Source of the DNA: Lytechinus pictus
Taxonomy: Eukaryota
Length of the DNA: 64,000 nt
Assembly (NCBI RefSeq): GCF_037042905.1
Contig: NC_087245.1
Span: 16,184,001 to 16,248,000, forward strand
Direction: 5' to 3'
Below the pieces are notes generated by a model. The model saw only the letters and a program-made list of their open reading frames with translations, searched no databases and was not told the DNA's origin. The translations under genes were made by a program, and so were the position numbers. How positions within the stretch are numbered: position 1 is the stretch's first letter; each line of letters opens with the position of its first letter. Below are positions 39,953 through 52,302 of the stretch, piece by piece.

Positions 39953-40786
39953 GACCTTCCTTATTCAGGCGATATAATAATTATTATATATATATATATA
40001 TATTTGTTTTTTCTCCACTCACCTTTTTTAGATTTACCACATTTGCTTATTTACATGTATACTATGGTTTCTTCATAATACACCCCCTCTCTTCTATATT
40101 TGCTTTTACCTTTTTAGGCAATTTGCTTCCTCTTTTTCACATATACAGATTTTTTTTTCTTTCCTACTATATAGTCTTATGTTTTTTCCCGTCACACCTA
40201 GCGGATTACCATATCAGTTACACCATATGTGTATATATTTATATATTTTTTCATATACATTTCTTTTTTGGATATATTTATATACATATCACTTATAGAT
40301 ACATATTTACACTTACCTTCTTCTCTTAGTTTGTTTAATGCTTTATCATATATACTTATATGTCTTTTGCACATTATCAGTTGTTCCCCATTCTTTTTCT
40401 TCCCCCCCCCCCACTCTTATGCACCAGTTTATTAAGCCTTTCTTTGTAACTAGTTTGACCCACCTCTCACTAATTCTCTAGTTATTCATCCCTCTATCAC
40501 TGTTTTGTTCCAGATCCTGTTTGATGTTGCCTGCCTCATTATCTTAATCCCTCTTGGCCTTACTTACACTAACTTCCCTTTGTGTCTGCCTACTCCTTTT
40601 CTTTCATCCCCTTCACTAACCTGATTGGTCTTCTCTACTCACTAATGCCCCTTTTGTCTCCTTGTTTCTAGTGTTGCTGTAGCTTGTTTGTGGTCTATAT
40701 TATGGTTGTTCCACTTTATATGTTTGTCATTTTGCCTCCGACGAAGATTCTGCTAGGATCGAAAGCTTAGGCCCCTTTTTGACTTT
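39953..40786 (+). mobile_element. 834-bp pyrimidine-rich insertion with 11-bp TSD; probable Penelope-like retroelement terminal fragment
   Basis: Flanked by acaatatatgt at 39942-39952 and 40787-40797. Carries a hammerhead-like motif near its 3' end and has no TIR or ORF. Confidence 0.65.
40734..40772 (+). ncRNA. Minimal type I hammerhead ribozyme-like motif
   Basis: GCCU-CCGACGA-A-GAUUCU-GCU-AGGAUC-GAAA-GC-UU-AGGC. Stem I is GCCU/AGGC, the core is CUGANGA with a U4C change, stem II has 6 bp, and palindromic AAGCUU replaces stem III. Confidence 0.68.
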
Positions 40787-41220
40787 ACAATATATGTTGC
40801 ACAGAATCGCAACGGTTGTAAGCAGTCGCACTTGCATCACCAATTGTGAAAGGGGCTTTAGCAGTACTGTGCCTTGAGGATTGGCCTTTCCTTTTTATAA
40901 CTCTTTGCATACTACCGTAATTCTGAGGGGATGATAATAATGATTGTTGCTCTTTAGGTATTTTCTGTGACTCCAGCTTTTCTTATTGCATCTTTGATAC
41001 TGGTGACTCAGTATTCTAGAGATGTAAATGGTAATAATGATAAAAATAATATAGGGTATGTATACTGCACCCATATCCATCTTTTTAGGTGCTCAAGGTG
41101 CTTCTTTATTACCCTGACTGGTGCTCACGGCTTTTTTTTTAAAGAATTCTCTGGGCAATTCAAAACCTCTTGACTTCTTGGGCTTATTGAAAGTATTTGT
41201 AATTGTTTATGTGGTATTAA

Positions 41221-41801
41221 AGGTCAAGTCCACCCCAGGAAATAATGACTTGATTAAATAGAGAAAAATCAAACTAGCATAGTGCTGAAAATTTCATCAA
41301 AATCGGATGTAAATTAAAAAAGTTATGACATTCTAAAGTTTCACTTATTTTTTCACAAAACAGTGATACGCACAATTAGGTGAGTCAGTCGATGATGTCC
41401 ATCACTCACTATTTCTTTTGTTTTTTATTGTTTGAATTATACAATATTTCATTTTTTATAGATTTGACAATTAGGACCAACTTAACTGAACCATATAGTA
41501 TTAAACAATGCTAATTCCACATGTTCAGGGAGGAATTAATCGTATCACTTGACAATGAGGAGAAAATTAGAATATTTCATATAATAAAACACAAAAGAAA
41601 TAGTGAGTGGATGACGTCATATTCTCCTCATTTGCATACCAGCCAGGACGTGCATATAACTGTTTTGTGAAATTAAGCGAAACTTTAAAATGTCATAACT
41701 TTCTTATTTTACATCCGATTTTGATGAAATTTTCAGTGTTGTGCTTGTTGGATTTTTCTCTTATTATTCAAATCAATTTTTTGTTGGGGTGGACTTGTCC
41801 T
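41221..41801 (+). mobile_element. TTAA-flanked Kolobok-like MITE, copy C
   Basis: TTAA|AGGTCAAGTCCACCCC...GGGGTGGACTTGTCCT|TTAA. Confidence 0.88.
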
Positions 41802-44068
41802 TTAAATATAATCATCATCATCATGATACTACCACAGTTTTCCTTGTGCTTGTAATAGTAATAGAAGTAGTCATGGAAGGGTAAAGGAAGTAGCAGCATC
41901 AGATTCACCAGACATTCATGTTGCCTAAGATGGAAAATGGATGGAATAAGTCTTACGTGAAATGTGATAAAGCCACAGCTTTTGGTTATAATTGTGTGGG
42001 GAAAAAAGTTTGAGAAGTTTTATGAAATGCATGACATGATGATGTTATGTTTACTACATGTATTCTGATCATAGACTCGGATTGAAATGAATCTTACATG
42101 TAAAATTCATTTTGAGTGTGAAAAAAATTAATTATGATTTTTAAAAATGATATAAAACATTTTATGAATTATCAATATTTGTTCATTTATAAACAAACCT
42201 AAGGTATAAGCTGTTCATTAAATACAAATAAGAAAGTTATCTTATGACTTCATTCAATCAAAGATAAAACTCTGAGTAGGGGCATGTGAGTAAAAATGAA
42301 TGGTATCGATGTCTGATACAGGAAGGTATGCTTTGAGGTACCATGAATGCAGGGCATTTAAATATCTATTTCATATCATTAACATGGTAAAAATAAGATA
42401 TATGTCATGACTTAGTAGTTTCGATTGGAACACTTGATAAAAGCAGAACATGGTTCAACTATGAATAACCCTACAGTCTTGAAAATGATCTTCGGAACTG
42501 GCATTTACAATGTAGGCCTTTCCTCCAATCCACATTACCAGAATACCTGGTAGAAGATTGATGATGAAGACGACCTGGGTTCTAGTCTGCTGCATATCAC
42601 TGCCTGGGATGGTTTGTTTTTCAACCATTCATCAAAACTGCTTGTGGTAACACACAGATGTGAATCGCTCCAAGGAGTAGCCCACAGGCCTTATCTTAAT
42701 CATACTGTATTAACCTTTTCATAATCAGAGCGATATCTCATTCGAGCTGAGGTCTTAACTAATAGGATATTAGTATAGCAAGAGTAACTTTCAGCTGCCA
42801 CTAATATTCAATTGACCTTTATTTTCTTTTTACAGTAATCACTAAAAAAATATTAAAATTGTAATGATAATAATAACAACAATTTATTTTTTTGCAGTAC
42901 TATAATATGACAATAAAAATAAACAGGCAACAATGAACAAAATGTATGAATTAAAAAAAGCTACCTGGGGAAGGGTCGGGTTTTAAAAAGCAATTGAAAA
43001 GTGCTAGTAATTTTTCAATGACCAGGCAACTGGTTGGGATTTAAGACTCATTTACCAGAAATATATCAGTTACTGGTGGAGGGGGGTTGTAGAGGTCAAA
43101 TGTCAAAACAGTGTTTTTTCTCTTTTGGTTAAAAAACTGAGTGTGAAACCAATTAGTGACTCGTTGGTTCTTGTTTACGACTATGTAGATGTAATTCTGG
43201 TCCGTATACTTCTGTCCCCTTTTATGACTATTATCTTGCAAATTGCTATTTACTTTTCATGTTTGTGGTATTCCCTGTCCAAAAACAAACAAAAAAGAAT
43301 GCCAATACTGTGTGAGTAAATGGTCCTGTCAGAAAGTACTTGAGAATTTCTGTAAGTCAAAAACTAATTCTTGACAAAGATGTCATAATGGTTATACTGT
43401 AGTCTTCTTTAGCTCAGGTGTTAATACATAGTAGATGAATAAGGTTTGTCGTTTATAAATTCAGAGGTGTTTTAGTATATTTTAGGACATGGACTGACTA
43501 GATGTTTCTTGCAGATTAGGTGAACAGTATTTCTTGTGACCTTTGTAAAGGTTTATCAATTCTTTGTGGTAAGTCAAGCTTACATACATTTTTTTAAAGG
43601 CTGTTAACCCATGTAACTTAAATAGGTGTAATCTTGACATAAGCCTTCGTCTTCAAAGTTTCCCTAGATGAAACATATCAGCTATCAAATGTCTAAGAGA
43701 GTCTTTTTTTTTTTTTTTTAAGGATCTGTTCTTTTTTTATTCTATCCACCATTTTCCACCCTTATTACATTTCCTTTTTTTTTTATTCATCCTCTTCTTG
43801 AATCTGTATTTTACTTTTGGCTCCGCTCCTTATAATTTTTCTTGAATTTGTCCCTTTGTAGTGTCTTCTTGCTTTTTCCTTTAGTCCTTCTTTATCTTCT
43901 CCTCCTAATGTTTTAAGTTTTCACCTAAGTTTCCATCAATAATTTTACATAGGTCTATCACTGCCATCTAATATTTTCCCTAATTCACGCTCTCCCTCTA
44001 TGTCATTTGCATAATTCTCAATTTTCTCTCAAATAAAGACCCACATTTTTTTCAGTTCTGAGCTTATC

Positions 44069-45478
44069 CTTCCTCAGCTACTAAAGAAAACACATTAAAC
44101 TCACATTGTCAATGACATGATGAACTTGACTAAGGTGTTTAATGGGTAAAGCCCCTTTTACACCTTCAAGGATGCAACACGGATTATCACAGATCTTGGT
44201 CCATAGTCATCGGGGGCGCCAAATTGATATTTTTCTACCATTGCCAGAGTGAATATGGATTTAACTGGGTATTTACATGGAAAAGTGTGACTTCTGCAAG
44301 GATAGACAAGGTAGCACTAGGGATCTGCTTGATAAGCTACCGGGAGTCAACACGGAATACATGGATGTTACCGGGTCCTTACACGGACCTTCACGTTGGC
44401 TTACGGTCTCTACTGGTATATCTAAGTAGCATTGGCCAAGAAATTTCTTTCATTTTTGCAACGTCTGAAGCGTACACATCCATGGTCATGAATGCAGACT
44501 ATTGCTAATGTACGCAAACAATGGACAATTTTTGACCTTGGATATAGCCAGTAATAACAAGGACCTCAGGGTTCTTACAAGAAGCCTCCCGGATGCATTA
44601 GGTAGCTACACGGATGTACAAGGTGGCTACAAGAATGAACACGGATGATTATCCATCTGTGTACTCCCGGAAGTCCCGGATAGGCCGGTACATCAAGGAT
44701 GGCACCGGATGAGTAGCCGGTGTGTACATCCTGGACTGTACACGGATGACCCCCGGATTGACAATCCGGGATGATCCATGTTGGATCCTTGAAGGTGTAA
44801 AAGGGGCTTTGGTCTGTTTGCTCAGTGTATACATATGGAATGGTAAGAACCATGAGAACACGCCATTTCGGGAAGAAAATTAAAATGTATTTCCATTTTA
44901 AATGGTCCACTGAAAGATTAAAAGGAACACAATAGAGTCTAATCATATGTCTCACACATTGGCAAATTTAATCATGTTCTGGGTTGTATACCTTTCCATA
45001 TGATGTAGGTAGGGGTCTGTGGAAATGGAGCTAAAAGGGCTCTGAAGCCATGAATTAATATTGATTTGACTTTAAAAAAAATCTGAACTGCAAGGTACCG
45101 CTTCCTCAGCTACTAAAGAAAACACATTAAACCCACATTGTCTATGATGTGATGAACTTGACAAAGGTGTTTAATGGGTAAGTCTGTTTGCTCAGTGTAT
45201 ACATATGGAAAGGTATGGACCATGAGAACATGCCATTTCAGGAAGAAAATGAAAATGTATTTTCATTTTAAATGGTCCATTGAAAGATTGAAATGAACCC
45301 AACAGAGTCTTATGTCTCACAAGCCTGGGGAAAAAAACATATGGCACATTTTATCATGTTCTGGGTTGTATACCTTTCCATATGATGTAGGGAGGGGTCT
45401 GTGGAAATGGAGTAAAAGGGTCTTGAAGGCATGAGCTAATACTGATTTGCTTTTTTTTATCTGAGCTGCAAGGTAACA
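44069..45478. repeat. Diverged tandem duplication (~375-bp unit); the first unit is interrupted by a MITE
   Basis: cttcctcagctactaaagaaaacacattaaac starts at 44069 and 45101; both units end atctga.ctgcaaggta.c. Confidence 0.9.
44148..44810. mobile_element. MITE with ~45-bp TIRs
   Basis: aaagccccttttacaccttcaaggatgcaacacggat / atccatgttggatccttgaaggtgtaaaaggggcttt. Absent from the paralogous site at 45176-45186. Confidence 0.9.
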
Positions 45479-46177
45479 CTTGTCACCTTTGCCTGTAATA
45501 TGTTATAAAAAGTGAAGCCCAGCAAAAACTGCACCCCGAAAATGTTGCTTAGTGCTTCAGAAAATAAAAAAGAGAAGGGAATATAAAGTGAACGGAAATA
45601 TCATCTTAATGTGATCCTATTGTGAGACATAAGACTCTTGTGTGCTTATATTGTAAATTGTTTTTATGTTTTTATGGAAATGTGGAAATAAACTTTGAAC
45701 TTTGAAATATTAATCTCCTCAGGAGATTTAGTAAGAGGTGATTCTACAGTCGCAGATATCTTGAAATTTTCTGCATGAAGTTGATTTTTTCTTGCATTGT
45801 ATTTTTTTTTAGAATCCGTATGAACAATTTTGAGTACAACATGAATCAAAGTTCAGTATTTTTTTATATTTAAATGAGAATGTTAGCCTACATGTATGCC
45901 TTTAATGTTCTGCAGGGTATAATGTTGACATGGAACAGGGGGGCACTACTAATTGAAATAAGATGAATAAACTTAAAATCTGTGCAATATCTCAAAATTT
46001 GAATTCAATCTTGTAACTGGAAACTAAAAAATTGACTTAAAACTCAATATGATTTAACCTAAAATTGAAACTTTGACGGAAAGAAATTCCCTAGATTAAT
46101 TGAATGTTATTCGATACCATGAACCCAAATCACCTACTACACCATATATTCAAAGATACGATTGTTTAACTTTACTA

Positions 46178-46721
46178 GTGTGAACACCGCAAAGCAAAGC
46201 TACATTCACACGAGCAAAATGGAAGGTTAATCCTGCCTAGCCATCATTTGATCCAGTAGGAATATAGCTGGCCAAAATTGATTTCCTATTGACTTAGCTT
46301 GAATAGTTGAGCGAAGGCATTAGAATTGCTGTTTTTCAATTGCATTGTAGATTCTGAATTGCTTAATCTTATCAGTGATCAGTGAGAACACCACGGTGTG
46401 ATGCTACTACTTCACACAGCCAAAATTGAATGTTTATCCTACTTGGCCATTACTGTATCTGATGTGAATACAACAGGCTCAGATTGATTTCCTAATGATT
46501 TAATATACATCTTAGTTTACTATCTGAGAGGAAAGAGTTTAAACTGTGGTCATGTTCCCTGATGTTTAAGTGTGGACACAGCAATACGAGGCTACATTCA
46601 CACAAAGTGGAAGGTTAATCATGCCTGGCTGTTAACTTAATCCAGTGTGAATACAACAGCCCAAGATTGATTTCCTAGCGACTTAGTTTGCTAGTTGAGC
46701 AGAAGGAGTTGAATTGTTGTT
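46178..46721. repeat. Three diverged ~190-205-bp tandem repeats
   Basis: Units start near 46178, 46382 and 46570 and share gctac..ttcacac, gtt.atc and attgatttccta. Confidence 0.75.
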
Positions 46722-47487
46722 CCTTCTCCTGAGTGACGCATGCATGCCCTGCTCCCTATCATTTGGACCTCAAATGTCACCAAACCCAATCCGCTGTCCT
46801 CCTCTCTCTTCGGGAGAGCAAAGCAATGCTTTGAAGATGGTGGAGAGGGGAAAGATAGGAGCAAGACCAATCTTGGATTACCCGTCGTCGTCGTCGAGGC
46901 ATGTGTGAGTGTTTGATATCCAGGGATTCGCTACGTCATCAAGCCAATAGGATTTGGGAAATGGTGGATTTAGTCCCCGCCGGCTAGAGAGATGTGGAAA
47001 TTGGATAAATGGTGTTAGGAAAGGACCAAACGACTTTGTATGATAGTTTTTGTTTGTACATGATAAATATTATTCCTACCTCACCTGGTCAAAGGATGAT
47101 TTTATGGAGATATATGTTTAATTGAGGTGAGTTAAAATCATGTATATTCCCCCCTACCCTCTTGTCCTTCTCCCCCCCCCCCCCTTCACCCCCTTTTTTA
47201 GTTTCTTCCAATTGGATGTTATCCTGATCTTTGTATTCATTTCATTTTCTTTTTTGTATTCATAGTTTCTTAATATGAGTTTATGATGAATGGATATATG
47301 TTTTCATTTTGTGGTAGCAGAGCAATACTATGATTTTTTTCAAATTATTCATATAGGTACATTGACTGATGATTTTTTTTCTTTATCTTTATTTATTTTT
47401 GAAAATATAATAAAATTCACAGATGTGTGACATAATTCTTTTTAATTTTACATAATGTATTTCTCTCTCTCTGACTTTCAAGACTAA

Positions 47488-47896
47488 CACACCGTTCTCA
47501 TTACGGTTTCTAAAACTAGTTTACTGGAAACCGCTTCAGGAACTCGCTTTGCTAGCGTTCCCATTTGATGACAAGAAAGTGGTTTTAAAATCACTTCACG
47601 TAAAGCGATCTTGTTGCTATGGAAACGCTCCCAGTGGGATGACTCGCAGCGTAGGCATTCTACCCCTGTCGTGTAGAGTAGCGCGCTCAAAATGTGCGAA
47701 GATCGCTTCCCGAAGAACAGTTGTGTCCTCACTCTCAAACCAGTTTAACGAGGCAAAGCGATCTTGAAAACTATATCATGAGGTGGTATTTATGAACTGG
47801 TTTGGAATATCACTTCCAAGATCACTTCGACCGTTTTCATTACATATTAAACTAGTTTCCAGTAAACTAGTTTTGGAAGGTAGTGAGAATGGTGTC
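47488..47896. mobile_element. MITE with ~43-bp imperfect TIRs
   Basis: acaccgttctcattacggtttctaaaactagtttactggaaac / gtttccagtaaactagttttggaaggtagtgagaatggtgt. Confidence 0.82.
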
Positions 47897-49491
47897 ATAG
47901 TTACATTTGTAGAAAGTACATGTATGTTAAAAGAACTTAAAATGAGTTATGTGATTTTACATTATGAAGAAATGAGATATTACATTATTTGAATAATTTT
48001 ATTTTCATTATTTTGAACTTTGTTTTTTATTTTGATTTTTAGATTAATTTTAGAATCTCTGCATGTCTCCTTCCAAAACTCTGCATGCTAAAGGATTGAA
48101 TAACTGTTGGGAATGACATAAAACAAGGTCAGAAAAGTTTGATCTTCTTTTGTTCAAATTACTTTTACCTTTCTTTGAAATTAGATAAATTGAACGTAAA
48201 TGAAGTAGGCTTATATTATAATTAGTGATCTGTGGATGGGTTATATATGACCTCTCCACCTTACTCATATCGTTTGCAACAAAAGTTTATTGGTAGTGAT
48301 CATTGCAATCAAATATCCACGTCAAAAAGACCCAAACCATGAAATGTTTATCAAATTGTGACAGAAAGCCTAATTACACAGTTTATCTAACAAATACTTC
48401 TAGATGCTTTTGATAAAAAGCTATCACCAGTTAAAGCTATCACCAGTTTACAAAGCTTCCAATTGGCTGTGGTTGTCATCAATGGTAAATTTGAAAAAAG
48501 GCCTATTAATCATGTCAGTGTGCTAAATGCTCCCCTTCTCGGGAGGCCCAGCAGGCCAGCCTCCATCAGAAGCCAGGCCTCTTGTTAGCTATGTTAATAA
48601 GCAGTGGTGAGATCATGTTTCTTCCCATCCTCTTCAAAGACCAATTGGGCTTGGGGAAACATGACCGTTCTTCTGAGCCATGGTTGACCTATACATCTCT
48701 AGTAGTTTGTCCTTAATAGCTTTCAATAGCCCTATACTGTCTTCCGTTCATCTCGTGAATGTAGGATACATTAACTCCACATGTGCATGATATATCCATG
48801 TACCTTTGTGTGAGGATGATGTTTACCCTTGTGTCACGTTACCCTAGACCTTATCTTCAATAATGATTAACAACACAAATAAATCAACCTGCATAGTATA
48901 GGTACATGTTTATTTTACATGCACCATTACCTTTGTCAGAACTGGCCCAAGTTGCAGGTAATTTACTATAGGCATAGCGTAGAAAGCACCCTATAATCCT
49001 AAGAACCTACTTTGGGGAGGTACTTTTTCTTCAAAGTAACCCCAATATTTGCACCCTCTCAAAAAAAGAACAACTTTAATATCAGATGTAACTAAATATT
49101 TTTTTATAACCTCATGGTCTGTTACAGAAATATGCAAATAGTCCATTCAAAAGAAGCACCTACATGTATCTGATTTGTCAACAAGAACTAGTTGCTGAAA
49201 TAAAAAGATAAGCCTGACAATTCAGTGATAGACCAAAACCAAGCCTTCCCCTCTTGTAGCTCTTCATTGCATAGATGCAGCTAAAAAAACAGATATACTT
49301 GATAATCTAGCAATATTTCATGTCAGATATTTAAGGCTAATTGTTTGTCATTATGTTTGTTCTTGTTTTTTATGTTACCAGTGTACTTTTAATCTAAAAT
49401 ATATAATACCATAGGTAATTTTCAGGCCAAGGACGAGATATTTACAGCTTAAAAAATTTGTTTTCTTTATTATCTTGTTGTCTTTTTCCAG

Positions 49492-49572
49492 GCAACGAAG
49501 CTCGGACTTCAGTGCACAGAGGGAATAAAGGAAAGGAAGGAAAATACATCGAACAGTTTGGAATATCACCAA
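49492..49572 (+). CDS. Coding exon G; 81-nt symmetric (phase 1-1) linker exon
   Basis: Strong acceptor ttgttgtctttttccag|GC and consensus donor CAA|gtaagt. Open in the required phase: GNEARTSVHRGNKGKEGKYIEQFGISP. Confidence 0.72.
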
Positions 49573-50671
49573 GTAAGTCCGCTCTTCTGAGCAATATAAT
49601 GGGTGATTTCAAGTTTTTTTGGTGTTGATGTCTATTGTTTTTGTTGAATCAGACTTACCAAATGTTGGGGTTATAGAATCAGTACCAGACTCCTTTATTA
49701 GTAACACAGTTGGATCACTCCAAATACCATCTTGATTTATTATGTTGCCTACTGGGACTCAGTTGTCCCTATACAAAGAATATGCAAATTACAGACTTTA
49801 GTAGTCAATGGGGTAAAGTTTGATGGTGTGGCTGTTGTGAAAATTGGTCCAGCACTAACATAAGTTTTTAACATACAAATCACCATTACAGAAGGAAAAC
49901 TGGTGCCCACAGGCTTAAGCGATACCGAATACTAGTACATGTAGCTGGTATAAATCAGTTTGTTGATTCCTGACTTTGGGAATTCTTGCCCACGCGTTTA
50001 CTGTGAGTTTCAAATTTCAGTTCACATATGCGATACACGCAGCAGAAATTACCCTGCCTAATTTTTTTCAAGTTTCTTGATAAATAGAAGCTATGACTAT
50101 CTAAGGTAGATATGAGATTATATATCATGTACAAATAACCACAATATAAGTAATGATACAAGGATTTGCAAAGATATGAAAGAGAAGCATTCTACTCAAC
50201 AAGACAAGCTGAATATCTGTTTTTTTAATGATTGGTATATCATCATTTAATGGTCACTGTTTATTTTCTAAACTTTTATTACTAACCCAAGACTATTTTG
50301 TCCTGTATGCCGATAATTCTGTATTAAAACTTAATTATTGCTTTTAAGATTTTAGATTGTGATTTACGTGTATATCACAATTTTCAACTTGGCCTGATAA
50401 TAAAAAAGGAGTTCATATATTTAGATATCATAGTTTAATGACAAAGAAATATGACTCCACGGATCTGTGATATCAAGTTAGCGCGTATATGACTTTCAGG
50501 CTCAAGAGTAAATCTTGTGCATTATTCATGTATGCAAACTAAATGTGGCATTATAAAACTTTCTATGGGATACAATCAGCATGGTAAATCTCTCCAAGAA
50601 ATAATAGTTCTAATGGGGCAAGTACTCAAAATTTTCTTTCTTGCTGAATACTGAGCAGTTGGACTATTTAA

Positions 50672-51320
50672 AGGTGTATAGACTCTTGGCTCCTGTGACT
50701 CGTCTACAAGAGTCTTCACCATCTTATTAGCCATTGATTGGTAGGATAGATTTGAGGGTTTTCCCCCATGGTTAATCATAGCAAGAATTCTATTGGACAA
50801 TAAGGGTCATGTATATTAAGTGCAAAGCAATATGCAGTATGATAGAGGAGATAAGGTCCCACGAGCCTAATTACATCAGGAGGGCTAAAGATATTCGTTC
50901 GACCCAACCCATTTGAATTTTTGTCAATTTGATATTGCTGATTGACAAAAATGTATGAATGTGATTCAAAATCTAACACTGATTCTAGAAATGGTAACTA
51001 CTGAACTTACTTCGCCCAAATTGGGAAGATAAATAAGTGACTTGGAACTATTTTTTGACTGGCGGAATAATTAGGGCTATTTTACTGTTTCAGTTGATGA
51101 ATTCGATCGATTCATAGTTATCTTCATAAATGGCGATTTATTTTTAAAATGAGCTGGCTACGGTACCCTTTCCTGGTCAGATTTGGAATGTCAGATATAT
51201 ATCCTATCCATTGGTAGTAAACATTCCACCCTCTAATTTCACATTTATATTTTATGAATTTTTCAAAAGTGCCATTTTAACACACAAGTCTATGGGGAAT
51301 GTTTTACGCGCGTGACACCT
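50672..51320. mobile_element. TTAA-flanked element with short AGGTGT/ACACCT ends (second Kolobok-like family)
   Basis: TTAA|AGGTGT at 50672 and ACACCT|TTAA at 51320. Its right 466 bp recur at 52303. Confidence 0.55.
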
Positions 51321-52302
51321 TTAAGTAATATGGGAAATCTCTAGTAGTGGATGGAATACCTGGCCAAACTCTTCAGTATCAAACAATTTCTCACTGATAT
51401 CAATATGTTTAGTCATCAAGTGGTGCAAAAAAATGGATTTAATGGCTAGCAGGGCTACATCAGGTAAAGTTAGTAAGTAGGTCTGTGTAGCCTAGGAATG
51501 TATGTAGATTGGTCAATGTATAGAGTCAAGGCCTCTTTATGTTCTGATTTATCATTGTTTTGTGTTAGTGTACATCACCTACTTAGCATTAAAAAGACCT
51601 TTAGAACTTGCTCATGTTGAAATTGTTCTTAGGAAGGGGGTAGGTAGAGAGGAGATAGAACTTTGAGAACTTTACTGAAGAGAACTAGAGTGGTACCTTC
51701 AAGAAGGTATATAGAAAAGGGCACAGAGTAAGGTAAGGTATCTAATAGTGCTCAACTAAGGAGGGAGGGGGTGGCTGTGTGCTGCAATCTTAGTATAGCC
51801 CCCCCCCCTTTTTATTAAGCCATGCCATCTATAAAATTATCTTTCTCTCTCTCTCTCTCTCTCTCTATCTATTTATGTATCTCTTCCTTCTTACATCTGA
51901 GAGGCAACAGCCCTAGAAAGATTTTGAATAGGTCAAATGCAAATATACTTAAGTAGTATCTCATTCTTTTATTGTTTCCTCATCCAATCTCATGTATATT
52001 TGGTAATTATGTTTGGGGCAATTCTGTTATCCTGATATCTACACATAATTTACATACACCTTTATATTACAATTAATTGGGACCTATATTGTCATTGCAT
52101 TCACTGTTGGGCTATATGCAGGTAGGATTTGTATACATCCATATACAGTGAAAATAACATGTATGGGTAACACATTAAAATGGGTGATTGCATAGAAAAT
52201 AGGCATTTTCAATGCATTTCTTTGTACTAGTGTGAGTGTACAGATATAAAAGAATAGCAAAGTAGCTATTCAAAAAAATAAAATACATATGTCATATAAT
52301 AT

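Larger units (their letters stand above)
39896..40857. mobile_element. Small palindromic MITE interrupted by a nested insertion
   Basis: Ends aggggctttcacaat / attgtgaaaggggct and inner inverted repeat cttgtgaccgtttgtgat / atcgcaacggttgtaag. About 120 bp remain once the insert is removed. Confidence 0.6.

Noticed and set aside
44224..44955. ORFs in the MITE as a transposase
   Set aside because: No DDE or DNA-binding motifs are visible; they derive from repetitive cggat motifs.
46178..46721. CRISPR-like array
   Set aside because: The context is eukaryotic, the units are diverged along their whole length, and there are no unique spacers or cas genes.
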